Positions 56,238 through 64,000 of a stretch of DNA of 64,000 nucleotides are shown here, piece by piece (the first letter of the stretch is position 1; each line of letters starts with the position of its first letter). The notes under the pieces are model-generated. The model was not told where the DNA came from. It saw nothing but the letters and a program-made list of their open reading frames with translations, and made no database searches. Source of the stretch: a virus; IMG/VR virus record IMGVR_UViG_3300033978_000724, positions 33,032-97,031 of that record; one strand, written 5' to 3'. Made by a program: the position numbers and the translations under genes.

Positions 56238-56362
56238 AATATAGAAGAATTTTTATCAGTATTTCCCCGGTTATTGGGGAAGGGTTTGCGTTGTTTCATC
56301 AGATTTGACTCTTTGGCTAACGGTTAACATCTAGTTCTTGCTTACTAGGTGTTAATTTTTTT
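56238..56362 (+). ncRNA. Candidate ~120-nt small RNA
   Basis: TGTTATAAT at 56223-56231; plus-strand terminator 56324-56362 with a G-U pair. Confidence 0.4.
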
Positions 56363-57152
56363 CGTATTTGTATGACTCAAATAAGGCAATCTGATCCGCA
56401 GTCTTTGGCTTTGGTAGTTTCTTTGCAGGTTCTTTTTTCTCCTTCACTACTTCTTTTTTGATTGTCGCTTTAGGCTGTTTTATTGTTTTAGTCTTAGGTC
56501 GTCTTTTCGGTGGCAGTGGTAAGTAATCACATACACAGATTTTATTCTCTAGGATGTCTAGGAGAATAGTCTGAGTTTCTTTCTCGTCCGCAAACTCAGT
56601 AAATACTCCTTGTCCGTACCGAGCAAAAACTTTACCCTGATAATTAATAGTTTTGACGTTCTTTAAATTATCGTCAATCCCTATGGGCGAAATAACTCCA
56701 GATAACTCCGTGTCAACGACCAAAACATCTTTTTCTATCCTGACCGATTCTTTGGGTAGCTGACTGATTTTCTTTTTCTCTTCTGGAGTTAATCGGCTCC
56801 AGATAGCGGGTTTCACTTCGTCAAAATTCCGCATTAATATCTTGACCGTAGCCAAATCATAATCATCCCCAAACTCACCACCAATCAATCCACGAAGCAG
56901 TGTCAAACCGTCGTCAATGATTGAAGTAGGTTCTCTTTTGGGTAGTAGAGATGCAACGCCTGTCTCGACATTGACAGCTAGTATTTCCCCTCTGTTTTTG
57001 TACCAATTCACCGATGAGTAGGGTAATTGGTATGCGAACTTATATCTTTTTTCTTGGTACTCGATGTACTCTTTTTTTATCCCAATCAATTCAGGTAACG
57101 ACTCGTCTAGTTGAGTGATTGCCTGAATTTGGTCGAGTGAAATATCTGTCAT
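56352..57152 (-). CDS. Hypothetical protein
   Basis: Promoter plus ACAAAGGACAA leader; contains KPAIWSRLTPEEK. Confidence 0.7.
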   Translation of the reverse strand: MTDISLDQIQAITQLDESLPELIGIKKEYIEYQEKRYKFAYQLPYSSVNWYKNRGEILAVNVETGVASLLPKREPTSIIDDGLTLLRGLIGGEFGDDYDLATVKILMRNFDEVKPAIWSRLTPEEKKKISQLPKESVRIEKDVLVVDTELSGVISPIGIDDNLKNVKTINYQGKVFARYGQGVFTEFADEKETQTILLDILENKICVCDYLPLPPKRRPKTKTIKQPKATIKKEVVKEKKEPAKKLPKPKTADQIALFESYKYEKN

Positions 57153-57209
57153 AACGTTTTGTCCTTTGTATGATTTTCTGATTATATCACGGTTAACCGT
57201 ATTTTAACG

Positions 57210-60200
57210 CTAAGAATTATTAAATTCTTTGTATATCCGCACCATGCCATTGACAAAATTATAGGAAATGCTCCAGTAGTCTTCTGCATTAACAAACAAC
57301 AGAGACACCCCTATAAACCTCTTGGCGGTGTATTTAACCCCCTCGTAATAGATTTCAGCACCGATCCAGTTTGGCAGCGGGTAGCAAGGTTTATATTCGT
57401 CTGATAATTTATGGGTTATTTGTGTATATATTTCTGATTGATTTTGGGACGGGACTGAAGAATTAGGCGTTATGTCCACAACGGCAGTAGATGAATGATA
57501 ATTATTATGGCCATGAGGTAAATTATTATCATTATTTATTTGCTTATTATGATCTATAAAGCATTTTCTGTCATCTCTGAAACCCACCGCCTGATTATCG
57601 TTTAGCGATTCAGGTGGGTGCGTGAACGATACCTGTTCAGGCTGATTTTCACCTTGTCTAGTTTGGCTGTTTTGGCATCCGTTTATACAATTTTCTTCCC
57701 TAATATCCTGGTCCGTTTTGTGGTTTTCTGTCCATTTTTCTAGTTGAGTAGTTAGGCCATTTTTGACATATTTAAAAATGACTGCCCCAAAACCATCGGC
57801 AAATTCATCAGATAATTTAAAGTATCTCCTTTCCTCATCTTGGGATGATTCAAATGGTTTGTAACCCAATTTAGTCGCTAACCTCTTGATTAAGGTAGTA
57901 GGACTAGCACCTCGGTCAACCTTAGTTAGTAGAGCCGCTTTTTTATCCCATCGTTGCCAGAGGCTTACTATCTCTGGTGATTCGTGATGATATTCTGTTT
58001 CCTTTTCGACGTAGGAGGCAAGTAATTCAGGTATCCCCAACCGGATTAGAGTAGATACCATCGGGTGCTTATCTCTAAAATTGCCTAAGAACTTAGGTTT
58101 ATTTTTCAGGTTTAATACTTTTTCCCATCCCTTGGCACTACGTTTCTTAGCCAACTCAGGGATGCCCGTTAATGTTCTTAACTCAGCTTGTTGCAGAGAT
58201 AAGGGATGTTTGAATTTAATATGAGTAATTAAGCTGGTACTCCAGTAAATCTCTCCTGTTTCTTCATCATTACAATCAATACCAGGTAATGTTTGGATTA
58301 ATCTATATTTTTCTTTTTTGGCTCGTTCTTTTTTGTCTAAATCACTTCTTTTACATAATGATTCATAAGCCTCTTGAGTGATAGGCGGGGCTTGATAAAT
58401 AGCCTCAGATTTAGCCTCTTTTACATCTCTTTTGTCTTGTCTGTACCCTTTTACTTTCTCGTCAGGCAATTCAGCATAAACAATTTCAAAGCCAGAGTTT
58501 TGCAATACTTCTAATAAACATTCTTTTAGGTGCTGGCGTTCATAGTTTTTGATCGCCTGGTACTTCATAAATAATTTAGTTTCAGGAGAATCAAACGTCC
58601 CCTCTACTAAATGTTTTAATCGCTCCACTAAAATATCTCTTTGACCAGGTAAATCATCCTGAAATTGTTGCATCCCTAGCCTGTAAGTTTCGGCCAAATT
58701 ATTTAATAATTGGCGGTCAAAAGCACTATTAAGATTAGAGTCATAGTCCCTAGATGAAACATACTCAACAATAGCTAAATGCCTGGGACAATCAATATTT
58801 CTTGCCCGCATAATCATTTGGGATGAGTACATTGATTCTAGGTGTTTGATGAACTCGTAAACACCAGTAAACCTCTTAGAGACAGAAGATAAACCAGATT
58901 CAATACACGGACTAGAGATAATCCCGTCATAGGGAAAATCAGGAAGATCAACTACTTCAGGGTTAGATAAAAAAGCTCTGATCCATTTCAGCTGGTCAGG
59001 GTTGTCTGAATCATTAATTGTCTCAGAGTCAATCCGCAAATAATTCTTATCGTGTCGTAATCCACATTGGGCAATAGATTCACACTCATTCTGTGAATCA
59101 CTCATAATCCAAGGGAAATCCTCTTTAAAGACTTGTGCTAATAACTTTTGGGAGTGACTACCAACGCCATCATAAAAGTTAACTTTAGGTCTGGCTGGTA
59201 ATTTATTGTTATAAATCTTTGTAATACTCTTGCCACTAATCTCTTCTATGCAATCTACCGTGGCATCAGTTAAGTTAGCATCGGCGATAATAATACAATG
59301 ACATCTTTGTAATAATTCTCTCTTTAATTCGATAATATGTTGCTGACGTTCCCCTAGAGTTTCACCACCTAAAGTATGGTGCATCTCCGACTCGCACTCA
59401 TCAAGAATTAAAACCCGCCCGTCAAAATCTTTCGGCTGGAATTTATCTAATGAATCAGGACATAATACTAATCTTGATTCTAGGTCAGAAGTAAAACTAT
59501 AACCTTTCACTCCTGCCACATCTTTCAACATATAAAACCGATTCTGATTACTTAGCTCGTGTTCATCACAATAAGCATCACAATCTTTGATGAACTGTTC
59601 CCCTAAGCTATTACGACTAGGTAGGTAAATCGCACCCATCCCTTCATACTTATTCATTAATTGCCTGACAATTCCTGTGGTTTTACCTTGTCCCGTGTGG
59701 AGTTTTAAGCCAATACCTTGACCATAATCAGGGAATCCTACAGCCTTGTTTTTGTTTTTGGTATCGACAAATATATCAGGACACTTTTCTACATTAATAG
59801 AAATGTCTGGAGTATATTTTTTGTACCCCATCCACGCAGAATGAGAGTAAATAGTTTTCTTGTTTTTCCAGTCATTCGGGTCAAGATTTTGAGTATCTTG
59901 ATATGCGTCAAAATCAGCCAAGCAATCCCATGATGAATAGGCTATTACCTTGGCATCGTCAATAGATTCTATTTCGTCAATGTCTTTAAATTCCTTAGAA
60001 AAACCTTGTCCCCAATCTAACGCCATCAAGCTGTAGCCAAGGGCTTTGACTAAGTGATTAAGTTTTCTGTATTCTCTCAGAACATTAGGATTAGATTTGG
60101 TGGCAGCGTCAGGACATAAAACTATCTGACTTGGTTTGAGAATATTTACAGCGTGAATAAAAGTTTTTTTACTAGCATCAAACATCCCACCAGAAGCACC

Positions 60201-60971
60201 GATCACATTAATACCAAATCTCACTGATGCTATGAGCGATTTAAGGATAGCCTCGCTCACATAAAGTATTTGACCGGGTTCGTGGTTAACGATTGCGTGT
60301 TGCAAAGGTAGTTCATCAAATTCCTTAGTCTTAGAATTACTAGCCCATTTATATTTATTTCCTTCTTTTATGCCTAATATTCTTTTTTGGAAACCAACCA
60401 TCCGCCCGTCAGCGTCCAGAGCAGGAATAATATACCCGTCTTCACCCGCTCCACAATAAATTGACCGGCCATCATAAGTGACACCGGGCAAGTTTTTATT
60501 AACCGATTGAGAAAACCTGGTTTTATTTTGGCGGGAGTCACCAACAGACTTGAAATTAAAACCTTTAATAAACTCATCAGATAAACCACGGCCAATCAAA
60601 TCGGAGTGACTAGCATCGTCTAGGGACATCTGAGAGAATGCCTTTTTATATTCCTTGTCCCGTTGGTCAGCAGATAATATTTCTGGAGCCTTGGCTTTTG
60701 GCTCCTGTTTTTCCTGGGACGTTACTCTTTGGGTGTGGATTACCCGATCATTTTTAGAATAATTTTTGTTTTGCCAGTTCGTTTTCTCTGGCCAATACTT
60801 TTTCCATAGCCCTGATTTAGGTTTACTACTAGTTGACCAACCAGGGACATCGCCATCGGACTTCATACATAGGATTTCGTTTGAATCCTGAAACCCTCTG
60901 CATCCCCCGCTTGTATCTCCACAAACTGGACAGCCACCGTTCTTTTTGTTGAGAGGGATAAACTGTGACAT
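57210..60971 (-). CDS. Primase-helicase replication initiator (CyRepA/DUF3854-like)
   Basis: CPVC zinc finger, KYKW, VSEAILKS..LCPDA..KDIDE Toprim-like motifs, TGQGKT Walker A, ILDECE Walker B, QMIMRAR motif VI. Confidence 0.88.
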   Translation of the reverse strand: MSQFIPLNKKNGGCPVCGDTSGGCRGFQDSNEILCMKSDGDVPGWSTSSKPKSGLWKKYWPEKTNWQNKNYSKNDRVIHTQRVTSQEKQEPKAKAPEILSADQRDKEYKKAFSQMSLDDASHSDLIGRGLSDEFIKGFNFKSVGDSRQNKTRFSQSVNKNLPGVTYDGRSIYCGAGEDGYIIPALDADGRMVGFQKRILGIKEGNKYKWASNSKTKEFDELPLQHAIVNHEPGQILYVSEAILKSLIASVRFGINVIGASGGMFDASKKTFIHAVNILKPSQIVLCPDAATKSNPNVLREYRKLNHLVKALGYSLMALDWGQGFSKEFKDIDEIESIDDAKVIAYSSWDCLADFDAYQDTQNLDPNDWKNKKTIYSHSAWMGYKKYTPDISINVEKCPDIFVDTKNKNKAVGFPDYGQGIGLKLHTGQGKTTGIVRQLMNKYEGMGAIYLPSRNSLGEQFIKDCDAYCDEHELSNQNRFYMLKDVAGVKGYSFTSDLESRLVLCPDSLDKFQPKDFDGRVLILDECESEMHHTLGGETLGERQQHIIELKRELLQRCHCIIIADANLTDATVDCIEEISGKSITKIYNNKLPARPKVNFYDGVGSHSQKLLAQVFKEDFPWIMSDSQNECESIAQCGLRHDKNYLRIDSETINDSDNPDQLKWIRAFLSNPEVVDLPDFPYDGIISSPCIESGLSSVSKRFTGVYEFIKHLESMYSSQMIMRARNIDCPRHLAIVEYVSSRDYDSNLNSAFDRQLLNNLAETYRLGMQQFQDDLPGQRDILVERLKHLVEGTFDSPETKLFMKYQAIKNYERQHLKECLLEVLQNSGFEIVYAELPDEKVKGYRQDKRDVKEAKSEAIYQAPPITQEAYESLCKRSDLDKKERAKKEKYRLIQTLPGIDCNDEETGEIYWSTSLITHIKFKHPLSLQQAELRTLTGIPELAKKRSAKGWEKVLNLKNKPKFLGNFRDKHPMVSTLIRLGIPELLASYVEKETEYHHESPEIVSLWQRWDKKAALLTKVDRGASPTTLIKRLATKLGYKPFESSQDEERRYFKLSDEFADGFGAVIFKYVKNGLTTQLEKWTENHKTDQDIREENCINGCQNSQTRQGENQPEQVSFTHPPESLNDNQAVGFRDDRKCFIDHNKQINNDNNLPHGHNNYHSSTAVVDITPNSSVPSQNQSEIYTQITHKLSDEYKPCYPLPNWIGAEIYYEGVKYTAKRFIGVSLLFVNAEDYWSISYNFVNGMVRIYKEFNNS
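57551..57640 (+). repeat. Core of the dispersed element, copy C, inside rep (candidate origin)
   Basis: TATAAAGCATTTTCTGTCATCTCTG ... TTTAGCGATT-CAGGTGGG-TGCGTGAA with the same spacing as copies A and B. Confidence 0.8.
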
Positions 60972-61045
60972 TACCTCACCCCCTTATTTGCAAGGATTGG
61001 TTCGGTAGTCTTGAAAAAAATACTTTTTATTGCTATCATGTAACT

Positions 61046-61148
61046 ACAAATGAATTTTATTGATTAAGGTCGCTAACGGGTAAGCATTGTTAGGCGGCCT
61101 TAATGGTTTAAGTCTAAGTCCCGGTTTTGTACGCCTGGGGCTTTTTTT
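61046..61148 (+). ncRNA. Counter-transcribed antisense RNA to the rep leader
   Basis: TTGAAA-17-TATCAT (61011-61039), hairpin 61063-61104, terminator 61116-61148; G-U pairs favour the plus strand. Confidence 0.7.
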
Positions 61149-61340
61149 ATGACTTAAAACCTGTACCTTTTTACTATAACAAATCTCACCAAAAAAGATT
61201 AAAAAAATTAACAAAGATTTACTAGCCCCTTTTGTTAATATACTTTTTGGCCAATAAGTCTTTGTTAATTAATAATAATAAAAAGTTTATTCCTAATCCG
61301 TAAATCTATCGCAAAGGCGATTCAGATAATAACTTCAGGA

Positions 61341-61862
61341 TTATTTGATCCTCAAGTGGTCCCCTTTTTCTCCCAGGTAACATCCCTCTATCGTGTCCCC
61401 ATTCTCTAACGCCGTTCTTATCTCATCTTTCATTGGTTCTCTGAATGTTTGGACAAACTCAGGAGGTAATACGTCCACATTATCGGGCAAGATTAACGGG
61501 GCTTTCCCACCATTCTTACAGATGGACAGATTGAAAAGTTTAGTCTTAACTTTCGTTTGGCCACGGAGTAAAAGAGAGTCTTTCACTATTTCTTTTAGTC
61601 GGTCCACTTTGTTGTCGTCAGACCGGGTTAATTTGGTCAATCTTAATGCCTCAGACCTGCGAGTCTCCGCTTGGTATGAAAGCATAGCGATTAACTTGCA
61701 ATACCCGTCAAGTTTATTCTGCCACTCATTGGAGAGGGTGTCTGATTCTGCTAGGAGGGAGATTATTTGTTCTTCTAACTCAGGGGTTAAGTCGGAACCG
61801 TCTAGCTCTTCTAATTGGTCCTGTATTTGTTGCCAGTCGTGGTCAAGTTGGTAGATATTCAT
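61341..61862 (-). CDS. Siphovirus Gp157 family protein
   Basis: MNIYQL..KLDGYC..EALRL..LK..KTKLFNLSI..IRTALENG..IEG..HLRIK. Confidence 0.9.
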   Translation of the reverse strand: MNIYQLDHDWQQIQDQLEELDGSDLTPELEEQIISLLAESDTLSNEWQNKLDGYCKLIAMLSYQAETRRSEALRLTKLTRSDDNKVDRLKEIVKDSLLLRGQTKVKTKLFNLSICKNGGKAPLILPDNVDVLPPEFVQTFREPMKDEIRTALENGDTIEGCYLGEKGDHLRIK

Positions 61863-61869
61863 ACTAAGA

Positions 61870-62148
61870 TCAAGTATTTTTACTATTTAGTAATCTTGAT
61901 AATTTCGAGATTGTCGGTCCGTGCGTCTTAGGGTCTGAATCCGCCCTAGCCAGAACAATGACAGCATCTAATACGCTGTAAATATCGTTGATTTGGCCGT
62001 AAGTGCAGGTTTTTAATAGGAGTCGGATGATTGCCTGATGTTCTGCCGGTAATTTTATTAGCTTATCTGTGATAATTTTAGCCGTTCTGTCTCCTTGCCT
62101 GACTTCAATCTGTTCTGCGGTTAAAGTTTCGTCTTCTTGGTGTGTCAT
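61870..62148 (-). CDS. Hypothetical protein
   Basis: AGGAG RBS and ATGA overlap give start MTHQED. Confidence 0.6.
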   Translation of the reverse strand: MTHQEDETLTAEQIEVRQGDRTAKIITDKLIKLPAEHQAIIRLLLKTCTYGQINDIYSVLDAVIVLARADSDPKTHGPTISKLSRLLNSKNT

Positions 62149-62417
62149 TTTATGTCTCCTGCGTTTGATAAATTCAATGGTCCGGGAACCCAGAAAGCCC
62201 ATGTTTCACCTGGAAACAATTTATTGAAAAAATTGATATTTGTGTCTTTTTTGTAATCAACATCAATTATCATGCCGTCAGATAAAATCAATCGGACATA
62301 CGGTTCACCTGTCCCCTCTTCTTTGTTCTGCCAAAAGATAAATCTGATGGCACTAGAGTCAAGGCTCATAAAACCATCGTCCGTTTCCATCGTCAATAGA
62401 TTATTTTGTTTTTCCAT
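62145..62417 (-). CDS. Hypothetical protein
   Basis: GAGGA RBS before MEKQNN. Confidence 0.6.
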   Translation of the reverse strand: MEKQNNLLTMETDDGFMSLDSSAIRFIFWQNKEEGTGEPYVRLILSDGMIIDVDYKKDTNINFFNKLFPGETWAFWVPGPLNLSNAGDIK

Positions 62418-62730
62418 GTTCAGTTCCTCTCTCTTTAATAAATAAAACAACCCCTTTCCCGTCATCACTTCTGATAACACACGTATTACCGCTATATTCG
62501 CCATCTAATTCAAAGCAATTAGCATAAACATTGGTATCAGGAATAGGCGATCCTCCTGCCTGACAAAAAGTACCCTTATCGGTACAAATACAACTCCGAC
62601 GAGAGATAGGCGGGTAGCTAATTGTATTGCCTACCTTTGTTCTGAAAACAGGGTCAGAACATTTGATTATTTCTATTGCAGAAGCAGGACTTGCTAATAA
62701 AAGAAGTCCTGGCACTAAAAATTTTTTCAT
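62401..62730 (-). CDS. Secreted Cys-rich protein
   Basis: Signal peptide MKKFLVPGLLLLASPASA; six Cys. Confidence 0.65.
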   Translation of the reverse strand: MKKFLVPGLLLLASPASAIEIIKCSDPVFRTKVGNTISYPPISRRSCICTDKGTFCQAGGSPIPDTNVYANCFELDGEYSGNTCVIRSDDGKGVVLFIKERGTEHGKTK

Positions 62731-62734
62731 TGGT

Positions 62735-62998
62735 TTAATTGCTGTTGTGTATTCCGCCTGTCCACATATCCCACGTAGCATCTGTGGAGAGGTCGGTTAA
62801 ACTTTCCTTAGCAAAAGAAAGCAGATTAGACCTTTGTTGCTTGGTCAATTTGTTAACTTTCTTTTTGCCATCTTCAATGGTCTTTTCAAAGACAAAAGCG
62901 ACATCATCGCCAATCTCTTTTTCTAACTCCTGTGACAACTCCATGAATGCCATGAAGTAAATCAGGAGAGATTCTTGGTCGTTGTTTTGTTTAATCAT
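62735..62998 (-). CDS. Hypothetical protein
   Basis: AAAGGA RBS before MIKQNN. Confidence 0.6.
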   Translation of the reverse strand: MIKQNNDQESLLIYFMAFMELSQELEKEIGDDVAFVFEKTIEDGKKKVNKLTKQQRSNLLSFAKESLTDLSTDATWDMWTGGIHNSN

Positions 62999-63056
62999 TT
63001 TATTTCCTTTTAGTATGGTGAGGGAATACCCGGAAAGGTCCGGGTGTGTGGGCAAC

Positions 63057-63326
63057 CTAAAAATCTTCTATTTCGTCCGCTACCCGTTGCAGTTGGGCGG
63101 GTGTTAAAAAATTTTTCACTTCTGAAATGGCTCCAAGAACGTGTTCAAACGTTATGTAATTAGATACTTTGCCATCTCTCATCATTTTTTCCATCTCTTT
63201 CTCAGTCCACTGTCCTAATCGGTATTCAGATTCCCCGGTTAATAAAACAAAGGAATCATCCATGGGACACGAGTCTGTGAAATAGTGATTTACTACTTCT
63301 TTTTTTGAATAGGCTGTTTTAGTCAT
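63057..63326 (-). CDS. Hypothetical protein
   Basis: GAGGA RBS. Confidence 0.65.
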   Translation of the reverse strand: MTKTAYSKKEVVNHYFTDSCPMDDSFVLLTGESEYRLGQWTEKEMEKMMRDGKVSNYITFEHVLGAISEVKNFLTPAQLQRVADEIEDF

Positions 63327-63337
63327 CGTTTTATCCT

Positions 63338-63715
63338 CTAAAATCCTAAATCAGCTCTAGCTTGATTAGCTAGTTTTTCCAGGGTGGAGTCAGACAAGGA
63401 ATCTAACCCACTGTTTAATTGCCTAAAAGCCCTCATGTGAGAGCAGACCTGCTTGTTATAAACGTGGTCGGGGCAGCTACACTCAAAATAGCTAACCTGA
63501 TACAAAATACCAGGATCAGACAACGACCCCATAAAACACTCGCCATCATGGAAATCTAGCGAGACACGACCATCTCTGATCGCATCTAAATACTGTTTTG
63601 CCCTTGCGTCCCGGTCAACGCCTGACTTAACCGGATGACTGGTCCGATCTGGCCGGTCTGATACCAGCCCGGAGTTTTCTTCAATGAATTTATCCAATGT
63701 ACGTAAACTAATCAT
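63338..63715 (-). CDS. SWIM zinc-finger protein
   Basis: YQV...CSCPD.......CSH; CAAAGGACAA leader. Confidence 0.8.
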   Translation of the reverse strand: MISLRTLDKFIEENSGLVSDRPDRTSHPVKSGVDRDARAKQYLDAIRDGRVSLDFHDGECFMGSLSDPGILYQVSYFECSCPDHVYNKQVCSHMRAFRQLNSGLDSLSDSTLEKLANQARADLGF

Positions 63716-63749
63716 GATTTTGTCCTTTGCATGAATGTATCTATATTTA

Positions 63750-63888
63750 ATAGTAACACCTCACAAGTAATATTTTATTAAATTACTGACTGATTAGTTT
63801 TTTAAAAGAACCTACTCAATCCTATAAGAAAGTTTAATAGACAAAACAGGTTTATCGCTTGTTATTTTTACTTGTGAGGTGTTACTAT
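63750..63888. promoter_or_regulatory. Divergent promoters formed by a perfect 21-bp inverted repeat
   Basis: TTACTTGTGAGGTGTTACTAT at 63868-63888 and its reverse complement at 63750-63770; each ends in TG-n-TACTAT. Confidence 0.75.
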
Positions 63889-63947
63889 GTTTTTATGTTC
63901 TCGAAAGAGAATTAAATTAGTACCAATAAGCACGAATAAGGAACATT

Positions 63948-64000
63948 ATGAACACAGCATTATTAGACCAGTTTGTTTCTCACACGACCGCCTCAACAGA
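63948..64000 (+). CDS. Partial ORF running off the window
   Basis: AAGGA RBS, ATG at 63948 (MNTALLDQFVSHTTAST). Confidence 0.5.
   Translation, partial: MNTALLDQFVSHTTAST

Noticed and set aside
63750-63888. Protelomerase target or transposon ends
   Set aside because: Arms are separated by 97 non-palindromic nt and each contains a -10 box; no protelomerase or transposase is in view.
1-64000. Integrase, att site or host chromosomal flank
   Set aside because: None recognised; the whole window looks phage-derived, but the genome continues beyond it, so integration cannot be excluded.

Overview
About 64 kb of an AT-rich, long-tailed (siphovirus-like) phage genome, most likely infecting a cyanobacterium (cyanobacterial-type ThyX, class II RNR, CyRepA-like primase-helicase, C39 endolysin). 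It is probably a temperate phage-plasmid: no integrase is in view, the replicase is plasmid-type with a counter-transcript, and ParB-like and ribbon-helix-helix genes are present. Virion genes are scattered over both strands: capsid, tail tube, frameshifted chaperone and a 3.8k-aa tape measure at 0-16 kb; portal, scaffold and terminase at 19-27 kb; head and tail-fibre genes at 31-41 kb. They are interleaved with dTTP-synthesis genes, three DNA methyltransferases, a CAT-anticodon tRNA and many singly promoted cassettes. The most interesting signals are non-coding: (1) a four-copy 5' leader RNA with compensatory base changes in front of KilA-N/BRO-N genes, two of which carry a BstA-like C-terminal domain, plus separately promoted hairpins whose loops are complementary to the leader loops; (2) a ~240-bp spacing-conserved element in two inverted intergenic copies, whose core recurs inside the replicase gene; (3) an antisense-RNA/pseudoknot-like control region upstream of rep; (4) several operator families and an 11-mer leader motif shared by many cassettes. 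All family assignments come from motif recognition by eye; no searches were run.
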